Assembly: GCA_043228905.1 (NCBI GenBank)
Contig: JBHGNT010000018.1
Location: forward strand, 2,728,001 to 2,792,000
Source: Azolla caroliniana
Lineage: Eukaryota > Plantae > Polypodiophyta
Direction: 5' to 3'
DNA length: 64,000 nt
The position numbers and the translations under genes were made by a program. Below the pieces are notes generated by a model. The model saw nothing but the letters and a program-made list of their open reading frames with translations, did no database searches and was not told the origin of the DNA. How positions within the stretch are numbered: position 1 is the stretch's first letter; every line of letters begins with the position of its first letter. This document shows, piece after piece, positions 1 through 12,214 of the stretch.

Positions 1-897
1 TTTCTTGTATGTTCGGCCGTCTTGTGACGAGGGGACCATTCGGGCTTGCCCATGCACCTCTCCTCCTCATAAAGGCGTACGAGCATTTGTATGTGTGTTT
101 GTGTCTTCCTTGTACGTTCGACCGTCTTGTGACGAGGGGACCGTTCGGGCTTGCCCATGCACCTCTCCTCCTCATAAAGGCGTACGAGCATTTGTGCGTG
201 TGTTTGTGTCTTCCTTGTACGTTCGGCCGTCTTGTGACGAGGGGACCGTTCGGGCTTGCCCATGCACCTCTCCTCCTCATAAAGGTGTACGAGCATTTGT
301 GTGTGTGTTTGTGTCTTCCTTGTACGTTCGACTGTCTTGTGACGAGGGGACCGTTCGGGCTTGCCCATGCACCTCTCCTCCTCATAAAGGCGTACGAGCA
401 TTTGTGTGTGTGTTTGTGTCTTCCTTGTATGTTCGACCGTCTTGTGACGAGGGGACCGTTCGGGCTTGCCCATGCACCTCTCCTCCTCATAAAGGCATAC
501 GAGCATTTTGTGCGTGTGTTTTGTGTCTTCCTCGTACGTTCGACGTCTTGTCACGAGGGAGCGTTCAGGCGCGCCCATGCACCTCTCCTCCTCATAAAGC
601 CATACGGACATTCGTGTTTGTGTTATCGTCCCCTTTGTGCGTTCATGTTGCGTGCTCATCTTGCTTGTACTCGTTTGGTCACTTGGCTCGTACGGTGATC
701 TCGGAAGGTCGACAAGTCGTGATAAACGAGAGCCACCGGCCTCACAAAACAAAGGGGAACGAGACCTTGCTCGGGAAGGGGTGGGGAAGTAGTATTGTCA
801 TAAAGCAAACCTCGGGTCTTCTCTATCCCTTGAGTACTCCCTAGTCCGAGACCCCCGTGGTCCCGCCCAAGTAACACGCGCGTGAAACTTCGCGACA
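1..897 (+). mobile_element. 3' end of the LTR of element X (A/D/H family), inserted into the gag of element A
   Basis: Ends GTCCGAGACCCCCGTGGTCCC...CGCGACA like the D, H and A LTR ends; followed at once by mid-gag codons (VLDTSRVLLFVK) with no PBS. Confidence 0.75.
6..630. repeat. Tandem array of a 105-bp unit (~6 copies, last degenerate; may extend left of the window) inside an LTR
   Basis: Unit TGTA(C/T)GTTCG..GTGTCTTCCT recurs at 6, 111, 216, 321 and 426 and is degenerate from ~533; this gives the 35-aa periodicity of the shadow ORFs. Confidence 0.95.
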
Positions 898-2581
898 CCG
901 TACTGGACACAAGTCGTGTCCTATTGTTCGTTAAATTGGTGGATGCAAGGGACCAGGAGCAAGTGGGCTTCCTGTTGGAGACCGATGATGGCCTAACAAC
1001 CGACTGGGCCGTGGTAAAGAGAGTCTGCGGCCGTTTTGACAAATGGTGTGAGTGGGTCGATAAAGGATTGACGGGGGCGGGTTCTGTTCCGACAAGGAAG
1101 GTCAAGGTACTCCCACTGGCGTGAAGGGAAGAGACCCGAGACTGGCTCGAGACCGGCTCGACTTCGATCGGCATGGTCAAAGGCTCGTCCGGAGGATTGG
1201 CTCTGGAGGAGCTGACTCAGATGGTGAGGGACCTCCAGATTGTGCAAGCACGGAGGGACGGTGGCGAACAAGTTCGTGACCGAAGGCCTCCGGCTGTGAA
1301 CCAATGGTTGTGGTGTGACGCGGTCGGCCACGCCTAAAAGGACTGTGGGGACTTCGCTGAAGCGATAAGAGTTAGCGTGGTGTACCTATGGAACGGTTGG
1401 GTGCATGCCAGCGAGACCCGAAGGGCCCTGGATCTGAATATTGGATGAGGGGGTATGAAACGGTTGATGGAAGAAGCAACGACTAGCCACGCAGAGACCG
1501 TCCACTACTCGGCGTCGGCCGGAATCCGGGTCGGAAGTGACGAGGTCCGAAAGACGAAGGAAACCGGATTCTGGCCATTGATGCTGGAAGGCCTCGCCGG
1601 CGTACGACTAAGGAAAGAGGAAGCGGACCGCACGGAAAGACGGGTCCGGCAGGTAACCGGGTGGAGTGACCTGGTCAAAGAGAAGACGGGCTTCGTGGAA
1701 GCCGCGTGCCAGAACTACGAGGTTTTGGTGGAAGACAAGCGTGCGGGAAAGACCGGGGGGGCCGGACCCTCACAACGGTATGAGACCCGGTTCGGGCCGA
1801 ACCAGAAGATGTTGGTGCATTCGGCGCACCAGACAAGGCCAAGAAGGCCGGTTATCGGTTGAGCACAGAGATCGAGAGAACCACGGACCTACGAAAGGTC
1901 CTAGAGGAATGGATCCTCGACAACAAAGTGGAGCTGTCGCTGAGGGAAGTGCTCGGTATCACCAAGAAGGAGTTCCATGACTCCATCGTAGACTTGGTGA
2001 AGCGGAAAAGGCTTTCGACGGAGCCGGAGCCGGAGTAGGAGAAGCTGATGGAAGTGCGAACGACGCACCTAGAAGACATGCCCCTGGAGGACGAATTGGC
2101 GGAAAGCCACTGCTCGAGGCTACATTGGGCCAGGGTCACTATGGAAACCCCTGTTCGGATCGGGGACGTCCAGGAGCCGGTGGTGGCATTGGTAGACCAC
2201 GGTTCGGAGATCAACTTGATCTTCATGGACTTCTACAAGAAGGGAAAGTGGCCGATCAACACCAAGCACAGGTGGAAGATACGGGCGGCAATGCGCACCA
2301 CGAAGGAGCTACACAGAGCCTGCTCGAATGTACGAGTGAAAATCGGCGATGTCGAGATCGATCAACACTTCTTCGTGCAGGAGACGTCCTTGCATCCGAT
2401 GATACTCGGAGAACCGTACATCACGGTGGCGCGCATGGAGACAAAGGTGTTGGACAACGGTTCGGCATATGCACAAGTCAAGAGCCAGGATGGGCGTCAC
2501 TCGGTCCAGTTCCTGACGGTGCGACCAAACCATGAGCGTAACCGCGATACCCTCGGTGCCGAAAACCGAGGGGATTTTTAG
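898..2581 (+). pseudogene. gag: Element A gag-protease remnant (several stops)
   Basis: ORF pieces 882-1124, 1455-1862 and 2048-2581 align to D ORF1, including ALVDHGSEINL. Confidence 0.9.
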
Positions 2582-5500
2582 AGAGGGCTATCAAGGCGTG
2601 GGGCCGCGATAGTCCGGACACCCCGGAAAAACCCCACAGATATACTATAGGAAAAAACACTTGTACCATAGGTAGGAAATCTTGGTTCTCCGATAGCGGA
2701 GTTTGTACAATAGCTGGCGTAGTTGGCCGGGAAAAGAAGCGGGCGGAGGAGCGACTTCGGGCATGTGGAGTCCTCAGCCCTGAAGAGGAGATCAATGGAG
2801 CCGTGGAGGTGGTCTCTTTTGATGACACCTTGGGGAAGTTATGGGATGTGTTCGGAGAAGGCCTTAATGAGGACCGGACGATTCCGGTATGTTCGGAAAA
2901 GACGTACGAAGTCATCGCCGACTTCGGTAATGGACTCGAGTTGGATCGAACAACTCGAGTGGATACGAAGTACAAAACTGTGGACCGGAAGGTGAGGCCA
3001 GTCGCGGCACCCTTGCCGGAGGGCAGCGAGTTACGAATAAAGGGGGTGCGTCGGACCCAAGTTTACGAGATCCGGCCAGCATAGGACACACGTTCACTGA
3101 CATAACGCTACAAGAGCTCAAGATCGGTGGGGGTGGCTTCCTACTGCCGGCGGAAGAGAACCGGTTTCGGAGAATGCTCGGGAAGGCTTTCACATTCTCA
3201 TCGGAGGAGATCGGGTGCGTAGACCCAACGGTTGTGGTACCAATGGTGATCTTCACGGTACCACATGTGCCGTGGAATCTCAAACCAGTTCCGGTACCCA
3301 GACCTCACATCCCGAAGCTGATGGAGCTGCTGAAACAGAAGGTGGAGATGGGCATCCTCGAACCATCGAGTGCCCCATATTTGAATTAGTGGTTTACAGT
3401 ACCAAAGAAGAACGACACACTGCGCTTCATACAGGACCTGCAACTGGTCAACAAGGTGGCCATTCGAAACGCAGGTATCAGACCGACTATTGATGAGTTC
3501 GCGGAGGCCTTCATATGGAGGTCGATCTACTCGGTCAGGGATCTGTACTCAGGGTACGATCAGTTCCAACTTGCCGTAGAGAGCAGGGATGTCACGATGA
3601 TGCGGACTCCTCTCAGCCTAGTTTGGATGTGTACCCTACCGCAAGGGGGAATGAACTCGGTGGCGCACATGGTGAATGCGATGAATAAGGTGTTGAGGGA
3701 CTGCATCCCGGACATCACCATGCCGTTCCTAGATGACATCTCGATCAAAGGATGTCCGGTGGAGGGCAAGGACGAGTCGGTCGGGCCCGACGGTTGCCAG
3801 AGGTTCGTGACGGATCACATCCGCGACTGCGAGAAGGTGCTACAAAGACTCCAGAGCATGCGGCTCACCTTCTCCGGAGAAAAATCAGCCTTCGGGCAGC
3901 CGGAGATCCTGGTAGTCGGACACCTGTGCGGGCCTTACGACCGGAAGCTGTCCCCGGCGAAGGTAGAGGCCATCTCCGCGATGAAGCAAGTCTGCAATTC
4001 GGTTACGAAGGTTCAGAGATTCTTGGGAGCATGTGCGTTCTACCATATCTGGATCCCGCATTACGCCCACGTTGCGGAGCCGCTCTATGGGTTGCTGAAG
4101 AAAGGGCGTAAATTTGAGTGGAGAGATGAGCATACAGAGTCGGTCCGGAAGATAAAAGAAGCACTTGCCGCGGGACCGGCGCTCCGAAAGACTGTCTACG
4201 TCAAAGACACTCCGATTTACGTGATCGTAGACACGAGTTCGACAGGGATCGGATGGGTGATCAACCAAGAGTATGACGATGGCGCGAGGTTCCCCATCCG
4301 GTTCGGTTCGAAAGTCCTCAGTGAGCGACATCGAGGATTCGCCCAAGTTAAATGCAAACTCTGGGGTATCGTTTCAACGGTCAAGGCCGACAAGAACTAT
4401 CTGATCGGGACGAAAGTGATCATCGAGACAGACTGCCTACCGATTCTAGGTATGGTTTCTGGATGCGCAACTCCGGACCTAGCGATGCTTAGGTGGATCG
4501 CGTACATCAAGTCCCTAAACCCGGAGATACGGCACATCTCCGGAAAGGATAACGCCATGGGCGATATGCTTTCAAGGGCGCGGTTCAGCGACGAGGACGG
4601 CAAGGTTTCGGATAACGAACAAGTCAACGAGGACTTCTTCGGGTCAGCTAACGTAACAATAAGAAAGGGGAGCACTCCAGTGCTTCACGAATTCGACGAG
4701 AGCAAGTACGGCGGGTAATGGCTCCAGATCGGCGGGTTCCTAGAGACAATGACATCAGACGCGGCGTGGACGAATGAAGAGACCAACCGGATTCGGAAGA
4801 AAGCGTACCGATTCTTCCTACGGGACGGGAGCATATGGAAGCACCCGAAGAAGAGAAATGACATCCCGCTCCGAGTGGTGGCAAAGAAAGAGGAACAGGA
4901 AGAACTGCTGACGGAGTACCACGAGAGTCCCTGGGCCGGACACCGCGGGACGTGGGCCACATTCAAGAAGCTAAAGGGGAAGTACTAGTGGCCGGGACTA
5001 TACAGGGACGTGCATCGGTTCGTGACGACTTGCGAAAGCTATCAGGTGCACTCCATAGTCCAACATCGAGACGAGCTTCACCCGACCTACCCTCCGACAG
5101 TCCACTTCAAGTGGATGGTGGATCTGGTGACGATGCCGATGGGGGTAGGGCAGATGCGGTATCTAGTGCTGGCTTGGGAGGACCTGACGAACTAGGTGGA
5201 CGACCGAGCGTTGTAGAACAAAATGACAGCGGCCGTGTGCCGATTTCTGATCGAAGAAGTGGTATGCCGGTATGGATGCGTATGTAAGATCGTGGCCGAC
5301 CGCAGGGAGTTGGACGCGCAAGAGGCGGAAGAGCTGTTTGACTGGCTAGGGATTAAACTCTCGCTCACCATAGCGTACAATCCGGAGGCTAACGGGAAAG
5401 TGGAACGCAGACATGGGCCGATCGTCAAAGCGTTAGTACGGGCGTGTGGAGGCCAAGTCGGGAATTGGCCGTGACTCTTACCCTATGCGTTGTGGGCGGA

Positions 5501-5783
5501 CCGAACTACGCACAGTTCGATAACCGGATTCATGCCGGCAGAACCAATGTATGGGCAGAAGCCGATCATGCCAACGGAGCAGACAATCTCCTCATGGGCC
5601 ACGGTGGACTGGAATGACGAGATGAGCCGGGAGGAGCTGTTAGCGGCACGGATTCGGCAGCTGGAACGAAGACCGGAGGACGTGGACCGAGCCGCGGAGA
5701 AGCTACGGGCGGCGAGGGTAAAGAACAAAGGACGGTTCGACCGGACTCACCGACTAAGACCGTAGAAGATCGAGGAAGGCGAC
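2572..5783 (+). pseudogene. pol: Element A pol (RT, RNase H, integrase), part 1
   Basis: FLDD RT motif, RNase H DTS..ETDC, integrase WMVDLVTMP/KIVADR; many premature stops; cut by B at 5784. Confidence 0.92.
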
Positions 5784-6203
5784 TGTTACCGGCCGGCAAG
5801 GAGTCCAAAATACGGAGTGAAGGAATTAATTAAGTATGGTTGTAAATAAGCATAGTATGGACGGACGGACTGGAAACGGTATGCCGTTTCCAGATTCGGA
5901 CGGATCCCGAATAGGTGCGATAGGCACTGTTTTGTACTACGGGCCGGAAACCTATTTAAAGGCCCGGACCCCATTGTAATCGCAGCGGATAATTAATAGA
6001 GCGTATGGTGTTTATACTTCTGTGTTGATTTCCGTTCTGTAATTACTGTTATATCTTACGCGTGTAATTAACAAAAGCGCTCTAATCGTGTAACCTACTT
6101 AGGTCGGTGTAATCGTTGAGTCATAATCCTATGCCGTAATCACCCTTTGGTGAAGTGTCTCCGTGACACCTTGTGTTAGGCCTTGTCCGGTCAGAGAACA
6201 ACA
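5784..6203 (+). repeat. B 5' LTR
   Basis: Direct repeat of 11443-11862 with TG..CA termini. Confidence 0.95.
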
Positions 6204-6209
6204 CAGTTT

Positions 6210-6220
6210 TGGCGACCACG
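6210..6220 (+). promoter_or_regulatory. B primer-binding site TGGCGACCACG (probably tRNA-Arg UCG)
   Basis: TGG-initial motif 6 nt after the 5' LTR; tRNA identity from memory of plant tRNA ends. Confidence 0.65.
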
Positions 6221-6256
6221 ATTCCTGCTTTCTCGCAGCGAACGACGGCTTAATGG

Positions 6257-9185
6257 ATGACTAGACCAACGCACGACCTGGTTACAGACCGAGCTCGACG
6301 CCTCGCCGAACGGCAAAGACGGCGTGAGACTTTCCAGCAAGCAGCGCACGAAATTCGCTCGGATCGTTCGTTCTCCAACGAGATCCGGAGAGTCGCGGAG
6401 GAATCTCTTCGGTTACAGCAAACTCGCGACCAGGACGACGGAAGCGGTCTAAGTAGTCTCCGGGAAACCGAACGCCTCCTCGAGGCGCTGGCAAGCGGAG
6501 AAAACGAGGCAGAAGCCTTTTCAGCCTACAAATCGGATTCCGAAGGGGGATACAACGTGCACACGAACTACCGGAGCAGCAACGATACCCCCGGCGGGCC
6601 GGAGGACGACGGGTCGGATACCGTGCCGACTCCAGAACCGGAACCGTTCGACCAGGGCTATCCGGAACCGCAAACGGAAGCCGTCAACCCACCAACACCG
6701 GAAGTGGAAGAAGCAAAGCCACCGACACCAACGAAAGAGCCGGCGAGGGTACCGGAAGGAGAGCCGGTGAAGGAACCGGAAAAAGAACCGGAAGAGGAAC
6801 CGGAAAAAGCACCGGAAAAAGAACCAGAAGTGGAACCGGATAGAAAACCGGAAACATATCAACAAACGCCACTAAACCGCGGCCTAATACTGGACGACGA
6901 CATGCCGTTCCAATACTCAAAGTATCGCGATGATCCGGACGCGGAAGCGCATGTTCATGCCTTCGAGCAGACATGGGAAGCAAATCACGCGTCCCAGCGA
7001 TTGACACCGGAGGAAGAAGAACGCTCGAAGATAGCGGAATTCGGGGTCACGTTGGAAGGACCAGCGGCACGATGGCGGCGGACGCAGGACCCGGCGACCA
7101 TCACAACCTTTTCAGAATTAAAAGCAAAATTCTTGCATTTTTTCCACAAGGAGGTCGACCAGACGATAATGGAGGGCCTGTTTTATACAATCCGACAGGA
7201 GGCAGGGGAAAGCATTCCCCAATTCGTCATCCGTTTCCAACGAATGCATAGCCAGCTTGCCCGTGCACCCCCAGAGGAGGAATTACGGACGATATTTTTA
7301 AACGCACTCCGGGAACCGTTACGCACGGTGTGTACGGTGATCGACTTTCGAGGAAGCACCATTGACCAGGTCATTGACCGGGTCAGAGAAATGGAAAAGT
7401 CAAGCTCATGGCTTACACTGGGAGCACTGCAACAGGCGTTACCCACAGATGAAGATCTCCGGTTCCGGCAGGCAATTCAATGCACAATCTGCTTGAATGC
7501 CGGACACTCGGCAGTGGAGTGCACCATGCGAACCCAGTGTGTGATTTGTCAATCCAAGAGTCATACAACGGACCGGTGCGAGTATAACCTGCTAAACCGA
7601 CAAGCACCACCCGTCCGACGGATCGAGCCAAGAAGCAGCCGAGACGAAGATGAAGATCGTTGGCAAAGAATGAACCAGTACCGACCGGCACAGGATGTCC
7701 GGTACGGAGACAGACAAGAGAATGATGGCCGGTACGGGGATCGGCATGATAACTACGACCGGTATGAGCGATCAGACCATTATCGGGAGTCCAACAGACG
7801 ACACGAGCAATATGACAGAGACCATTCCCCTGGTTACCGAAGGCACCAGGAGGACTACGGCCGATTTTACGATCCAGCACGACAGGACTACCGAAATAAA
7901 AATAAGAATAATAAGAAACGTAATTTCAAGAAAGGTGGTCACCCTAGGGACCCGGAACATGGAACCCCAAGGAGCCAACCGGCACAGAACGTACCACTCA
8001 CTACGGGACCGACTCCGGCTACCAGCAATGCTGAATCCAACAATACCCGTAAAGAGTACTGCTACTACTGCAGGTAAGAAGGCCACTACAGTAACCAGTG
8101 CCCGGCAAAGAGCTACGATAAACGACCAGCAGTTAATATGGTGGTTCCGGAAGTGGTGGATGTACAGCAAGTAACCACACGGTTGAAAGGCATGGCCAAA
8201 GAGTGGGAAACACAAGAGGCCATACGAAAACAGGCGACGGAATGGGTGAAGGAAGCCAATGAAAGGAACGTCGCGGACACGGAACGGCAAAAGGCGAATA
8301 CCATAGGGAGTGCCGGCAGTAGCCACGCAGAAAACGAGACATGGCAAGCACTGCAAGAATGTCAGATCACGTTGCCATTAGGAAGACTCTTGCAGCTCGT
8401 GCCGCGATTTACGGAAGGACTAAAAATGGTCATGACAGACGGTATAGCCCCACCGGCACCAGTCCTCTTCTCGAATCCGGAGGAGGGACCGACGGTGGTG
8501 GACACTAGTAGTCCGGTGATTACAGCTATTGTCAAAGGGCACGAACTTCCCGGCACAGTAATCGATGGAGGTTCCGGGGTGAACGTAATAAGCCTCCGCA
8601 CGTGTGATGCCTTGGGTATACATGAATGGGAGCCATGTCCGTTCTGGCTACGGATGGCGGATACGAGCTCTGTACGGCCAACGGGCTTAATACGGAAATT
8701 GGAAGTCACCATAGGAGGTCACACATTTCACATCTCGGCTGTAGTGCTGCAGCTACAGGCGCAAGGCGCGTACCCATTGTTGCTGGGCAGACCATGGTTG
8801 AAAACAGCACACATCAAGCAAAATTGGCGGAAAAATATGATTACCTTCCGGCGCGGAAAAGCCAAGGTCCGGGTACCGACACAACCACAGACGAGCAACG
8901 GTAAGGAATGCACACCGCTGTATGCGGAATGCGTGAACATGCTTGAAGGGTTGGCAGACGACGAAGAAGCCCAGTACTTGGAGGAACACCCGAAGATCGT
9001 ACCACTCTTCGAGATTGACGTGGCTGAAGCCGTAGCGCCATACTTGCCGCAGCGGGACGAAACCGAAGCCGAACCAGACAAAGATTCGATTCGGCAATTA
9101 CGGCAAGCACAGGAAGCGTTGGAACGGGAAATGGCCGTTTCCCAACGGGTAAAAACATCCCAGCTCGACGAAGTGAACCTAGGAC
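6257..9185 (+). pseudogene. gag: B gag-protease with three CX2CX4HX4C knuckles and one in-frame stop (8075-8077)
   Basis: ORFs 6257-8077 and 8138+ share a frame; the stop falls in CYYCR*EGHYSNQC; protease VIDGGSGVNVI; homology to C/G pol ends at DEVNLG. Confidence 0.88.
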
Positions 9186-9203
9186 GGCAAGGAGGGCCGG
9201 AAG

Positions 9204-11390
9204 ATGTGGCATGCCGTAGCTCAGTGGATAACATTGCTCGCGCCGCCGGTCGAGACCGTTCAGCCAAAGAAGCGGCCAAGATTATCGGAAGGAAGCACCT
9301 CGAAGCCCGCGTCCAAACGACAGCAGCTGCTGGCGTCGAAGGCGACGAAAGGGAAGAAACGGCTCCCAGAACCGGAGGAGGTGTCACCGGTCCGACCCGT
9401 TAAGATAACCATACGGCGACCGGGACAGAAGGAATCGGAACCCTTGACGGCACAGATACATGCCGTTACCCAGGAAGAGGAAACGGAGGAGCCAGTAGAG
9501 CACCTCCAACGACGGTCAAGAAGTAGGACCGCCGGGACAGCGGGGGAGCGTTCGGACCCGCAAAAGGAAGAAACGCCCCCAACTCAACCTGAGCAAACCA
9601 CAAGGGAGGAACCGGAACCGGTGCGTATAGAACCGGCCTTGTCGACTTCTATACAAGAAGTCATTCCAACGGCTCCGGAGACGGCGAGAACCGGAACTCA
9701 ATAGCCGGCGAGCCCAGCCAGCACACACAGCGGCCAAGGAGTAGAACCAGAACGGCAGATACAGGCACTCAGGCCAGACAATTCCACAGTGAACGAGCCG
9801 ACCCGACCAGTACAGCAGCAAGGCACCAGTAGCATGTGGCTACGGTGGGTAGGCGAGCAGATCGCCGGAGCGGTCGAGTACATAGAGGCGGAGGAGAGAG
9901 CGCACCACGAACGGTTGCTCGTCACAACCGTAGATCTAGAGACGGCCCGGTCCAGAATCCGGAGCCTTGAACAAGACTTGGACAGGGTCACAAGGGAAAT
10001 GGCTCAATTGGCTTTGACAACACAAGTCCAAGCACCGGTGACTCCGGGCAATGTACAGAATAAAGCGTCAGATCAACCTGTACATAGCAATCAGACCCCG
10101 GCAACGGAAACCGTTCCGGAGAGAAATGCGGCACAAGCCCAAGAGCTTGCGGACTTAAAGGATGAGCTAGCTGGCCAAGAAGCGCTGAGGAGCCGCGAAA
10201 GAGAGTTGAAGACGGCAACGGAGGCAGAACTCAAAAAGACTGCTGAGAATCTACGCTGGGCCGAGGAGAGCTTACGAAAAGGCCACCAAGCGTACGACCG
10301 GCTCAAGGAGGAGAAGGAGAAAATGCTGCAAGAGAAGGACAGGCTCCGGAGAAACGCCGAAACAGAAGTAGAGCGCCTGAAAGAGGAACTCCGGCAGCTA
10401 AAGGACCGGGAGGACCGGAACCATCGCCAGATCAACGGCAAGCTCAAACAAAAAACGGAGGAATTTGAGCACTTGCACCGGGAGTATAAACGGATGCAAA
10501 CGGAGCACAAGGAACGGACGGATGAGCTCCGGCAAGCAGTTGATCGGACCGCAATGGCATACGCTAATGAACAAGCGGAAACCAGAAGACGGTTGGAAGA
10601 GGCAGAGAAGGTTCAGACAGAGCTCCTCAGGCAACAGCAGGCGGAAAGAGAAAGAGCGGCGGCGGTACTGCAGAAGCTGCAAACAACATATCAAGGGCAG
10701 CTGACGCACTACAAAGAGCAGGCGGAGGATACGGCTAATCTCATCAAGCAGTTGAAGGAGGAACGACAAGTTGTGGAAAGTAGAGCGCAAATGGGAGCAA
10801 GTCGCATCCAGGATATCATGCGGGCCTGGTTGAACCAGACCAAGAGCTTGATTGACAACGGTTCCGTCAAATGGTGGACCAAGTGGGCCCCGAACGCGGC
10901 GGAACTCCAATTGCTCCGGGCCGACGTAGAGAACCGGCGGAAGGAGGGGGATGATTGCTATATGCTGACTTCCGAAGACTTCACCGGCATAAGAGATGAG
11001 CTGGCCGAAGACTTTCAAGCCTTGGCAGAGGACCAACTAGGGCAAGTCCGGCAACTTGTAGCTCAGCTGGACGACGACAGGCTGGAGGCGCAGATCCAGT
11101 TTGAAAGCTACGAGAGGACCCGGATCCGGGAAGAGAAAGCACGAGAACCGGTTACGGTCAACCTCAGTGATGAGGAACCGTTACTGGAAGGAGACCGGAC
11201 CGGAAGCAGTCAAACGGGGATGCCGGAGTCAGAGAAACAAACGGAGCAGCCGCCTATAGAGCAGCCGGAGCAGTCTCAGTCCCAACCGCAACCACAGCAG
11301 CAGCAGCAAGCACAGCCGCAACAACCACAACCGGAAGAACAATTGGAAACTCTGGAACAAAGTATTTTGGACAATTTGGGTGAACAATGA
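9204..11390 (+). CDS. B extra 3' ORF (coiled-coil protein, N-truncated, one in-frame TAG at 9702-9704)
   Basis: ORFs 9204-9704 and 9789-11390 share a frame; E/K/Q/R-rich heptads; motif AAELxxLxADxENRRKEG shared with C and G. Confidence 0.75.
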
Positions 11391-11423
11391 AGGGGCCGAG
11401 AAGGGTTCGACGTACAAGGTACT

Positions 11424-11440
11424 GTCCCACGGGCGTGCCA
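11424..11440 (+). promoter_or_regulatory. tRNA-3'-end-like motif GTCCCACGGGCGTGCCA in place of a PPT (B)
   Basis: Ends in CCA 2 nt before the 3' LTR; conserved in C and G. Confidence 0.8.
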
Positions 11441-11442
11441 TG

Positions 11443-11862
11443 TGTTACCGGCCGGCAAGGAGTCCAAAATACGGAGTGAAGGAATTAATTAAGTATGGTT
11501 GTAAATAAGCATAGTATGGACGGACAGACTGGAAACGGTATGCCGTTTCCAGATCCGGACGGATCCCGAATAGGTGCGATAGGCACCATTTTGTACTACG
11601 GGCCGGAAACCTATTTAAAGGCCCGGACCCCATTGTAATCGCAACGGATAATTAATAGAGCGTATGGTGTTTATACTTCTGTGTTGATTTCCGTTCTGTA
11701 ATTACTGTTATATCTTACGCGTGTAATTAACAAAAGCGCTCTAATCGTGTAACCTACTTAGGTCGGTGTAATCGTTGAGTCATAATCCTATGCCGTAATC
11801 ACCCTTTGGTGAAGTGTCTCCGTGACACCTTGTGTTAGGCCTTGTCCGGTCAGAGAACAACA
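11443..11862 (+). repeat. B 3' LTR
   Basis: Direct repeat of 5784-6203. Confidence 0.95.
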
Positions 11863-12140
11863 GGGACTGGGTTCTAGTGTATGAAAGTAGCCTCGACAAC
11901 CAGCACATGGCAACGTAGAAGTTTGCAAGAAGGTGGTCCGGGCCTTATGCGGTGACGAGCGCCAACGACAATGGGACCTACCATCTCGCAGAGTTCGACG
12001 GGACAAGGATGGCGGTACCGGTGGCGGGGAAGAGGATCAAAGCATTCAAAAAGCAGCACGAGGCTGAACCGGACCTGGACGACCTATATAGCGACAACGA
12101 CCGGCTCGGAACGGATGACGATCCGGGAGACGAAGGATAA
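11863..12140 (+). pseudogene. pol: Element A integrase C-terminus, part 2
   Basis: DWVLVY..SANDNGTYHLAEFDGTRMAVPVAGKRIKAFKK matches the D C-terminus. Confidence 0.9.
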
Positions 12141-12214
12141 GCGTGGGCCGGTCTTCACCGGCAAGCGTCTAATTTTGGCGCATATCGGTGGATGCGCAGT
12201 TAGGTGGGGGCGGA

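Larger units (their letters stand above)
5784..11862 (+). mobile_element. Element B: non-autonomous Athila/Tat-like Gypsy element (gag-PR plus extra ORF; RT/RH/INT deleted)
   Basis: 420-bp LTRs TGTTACC..AACAACA at 5784-6203 and 11443-11862 (~5 differences by eye); TSD GCGAC/GGGAC; A integrase resumes after it. Confidence 0.95.

Noticed and set aside
5-844. 279-aa and 229-aa repetitive ORFs; CRISPR-like periodicity
   Set aside because: Translations of a 105-bp tandem repeat; there are no unique spacers and the context is eukaryotic
1-897. This LTR as the 5' LTR of element A
   Set aside because: It differs from the A 3' LTR, has no PBS and abuts mid-gag codons, so it is a separate insertion
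9789-11390. Captured host myosin/SMC-like gene or retroviral env
   Set aside because: Lies inside LTRs in three related elements at the same position; no ATPase motifs, signal peptide or TM helix seen
11403-11440. A genuine tRNA gene
   Set aside because: Only a 3'-end-like segment with encoded CCA and an insertion; no D or anticodon arm
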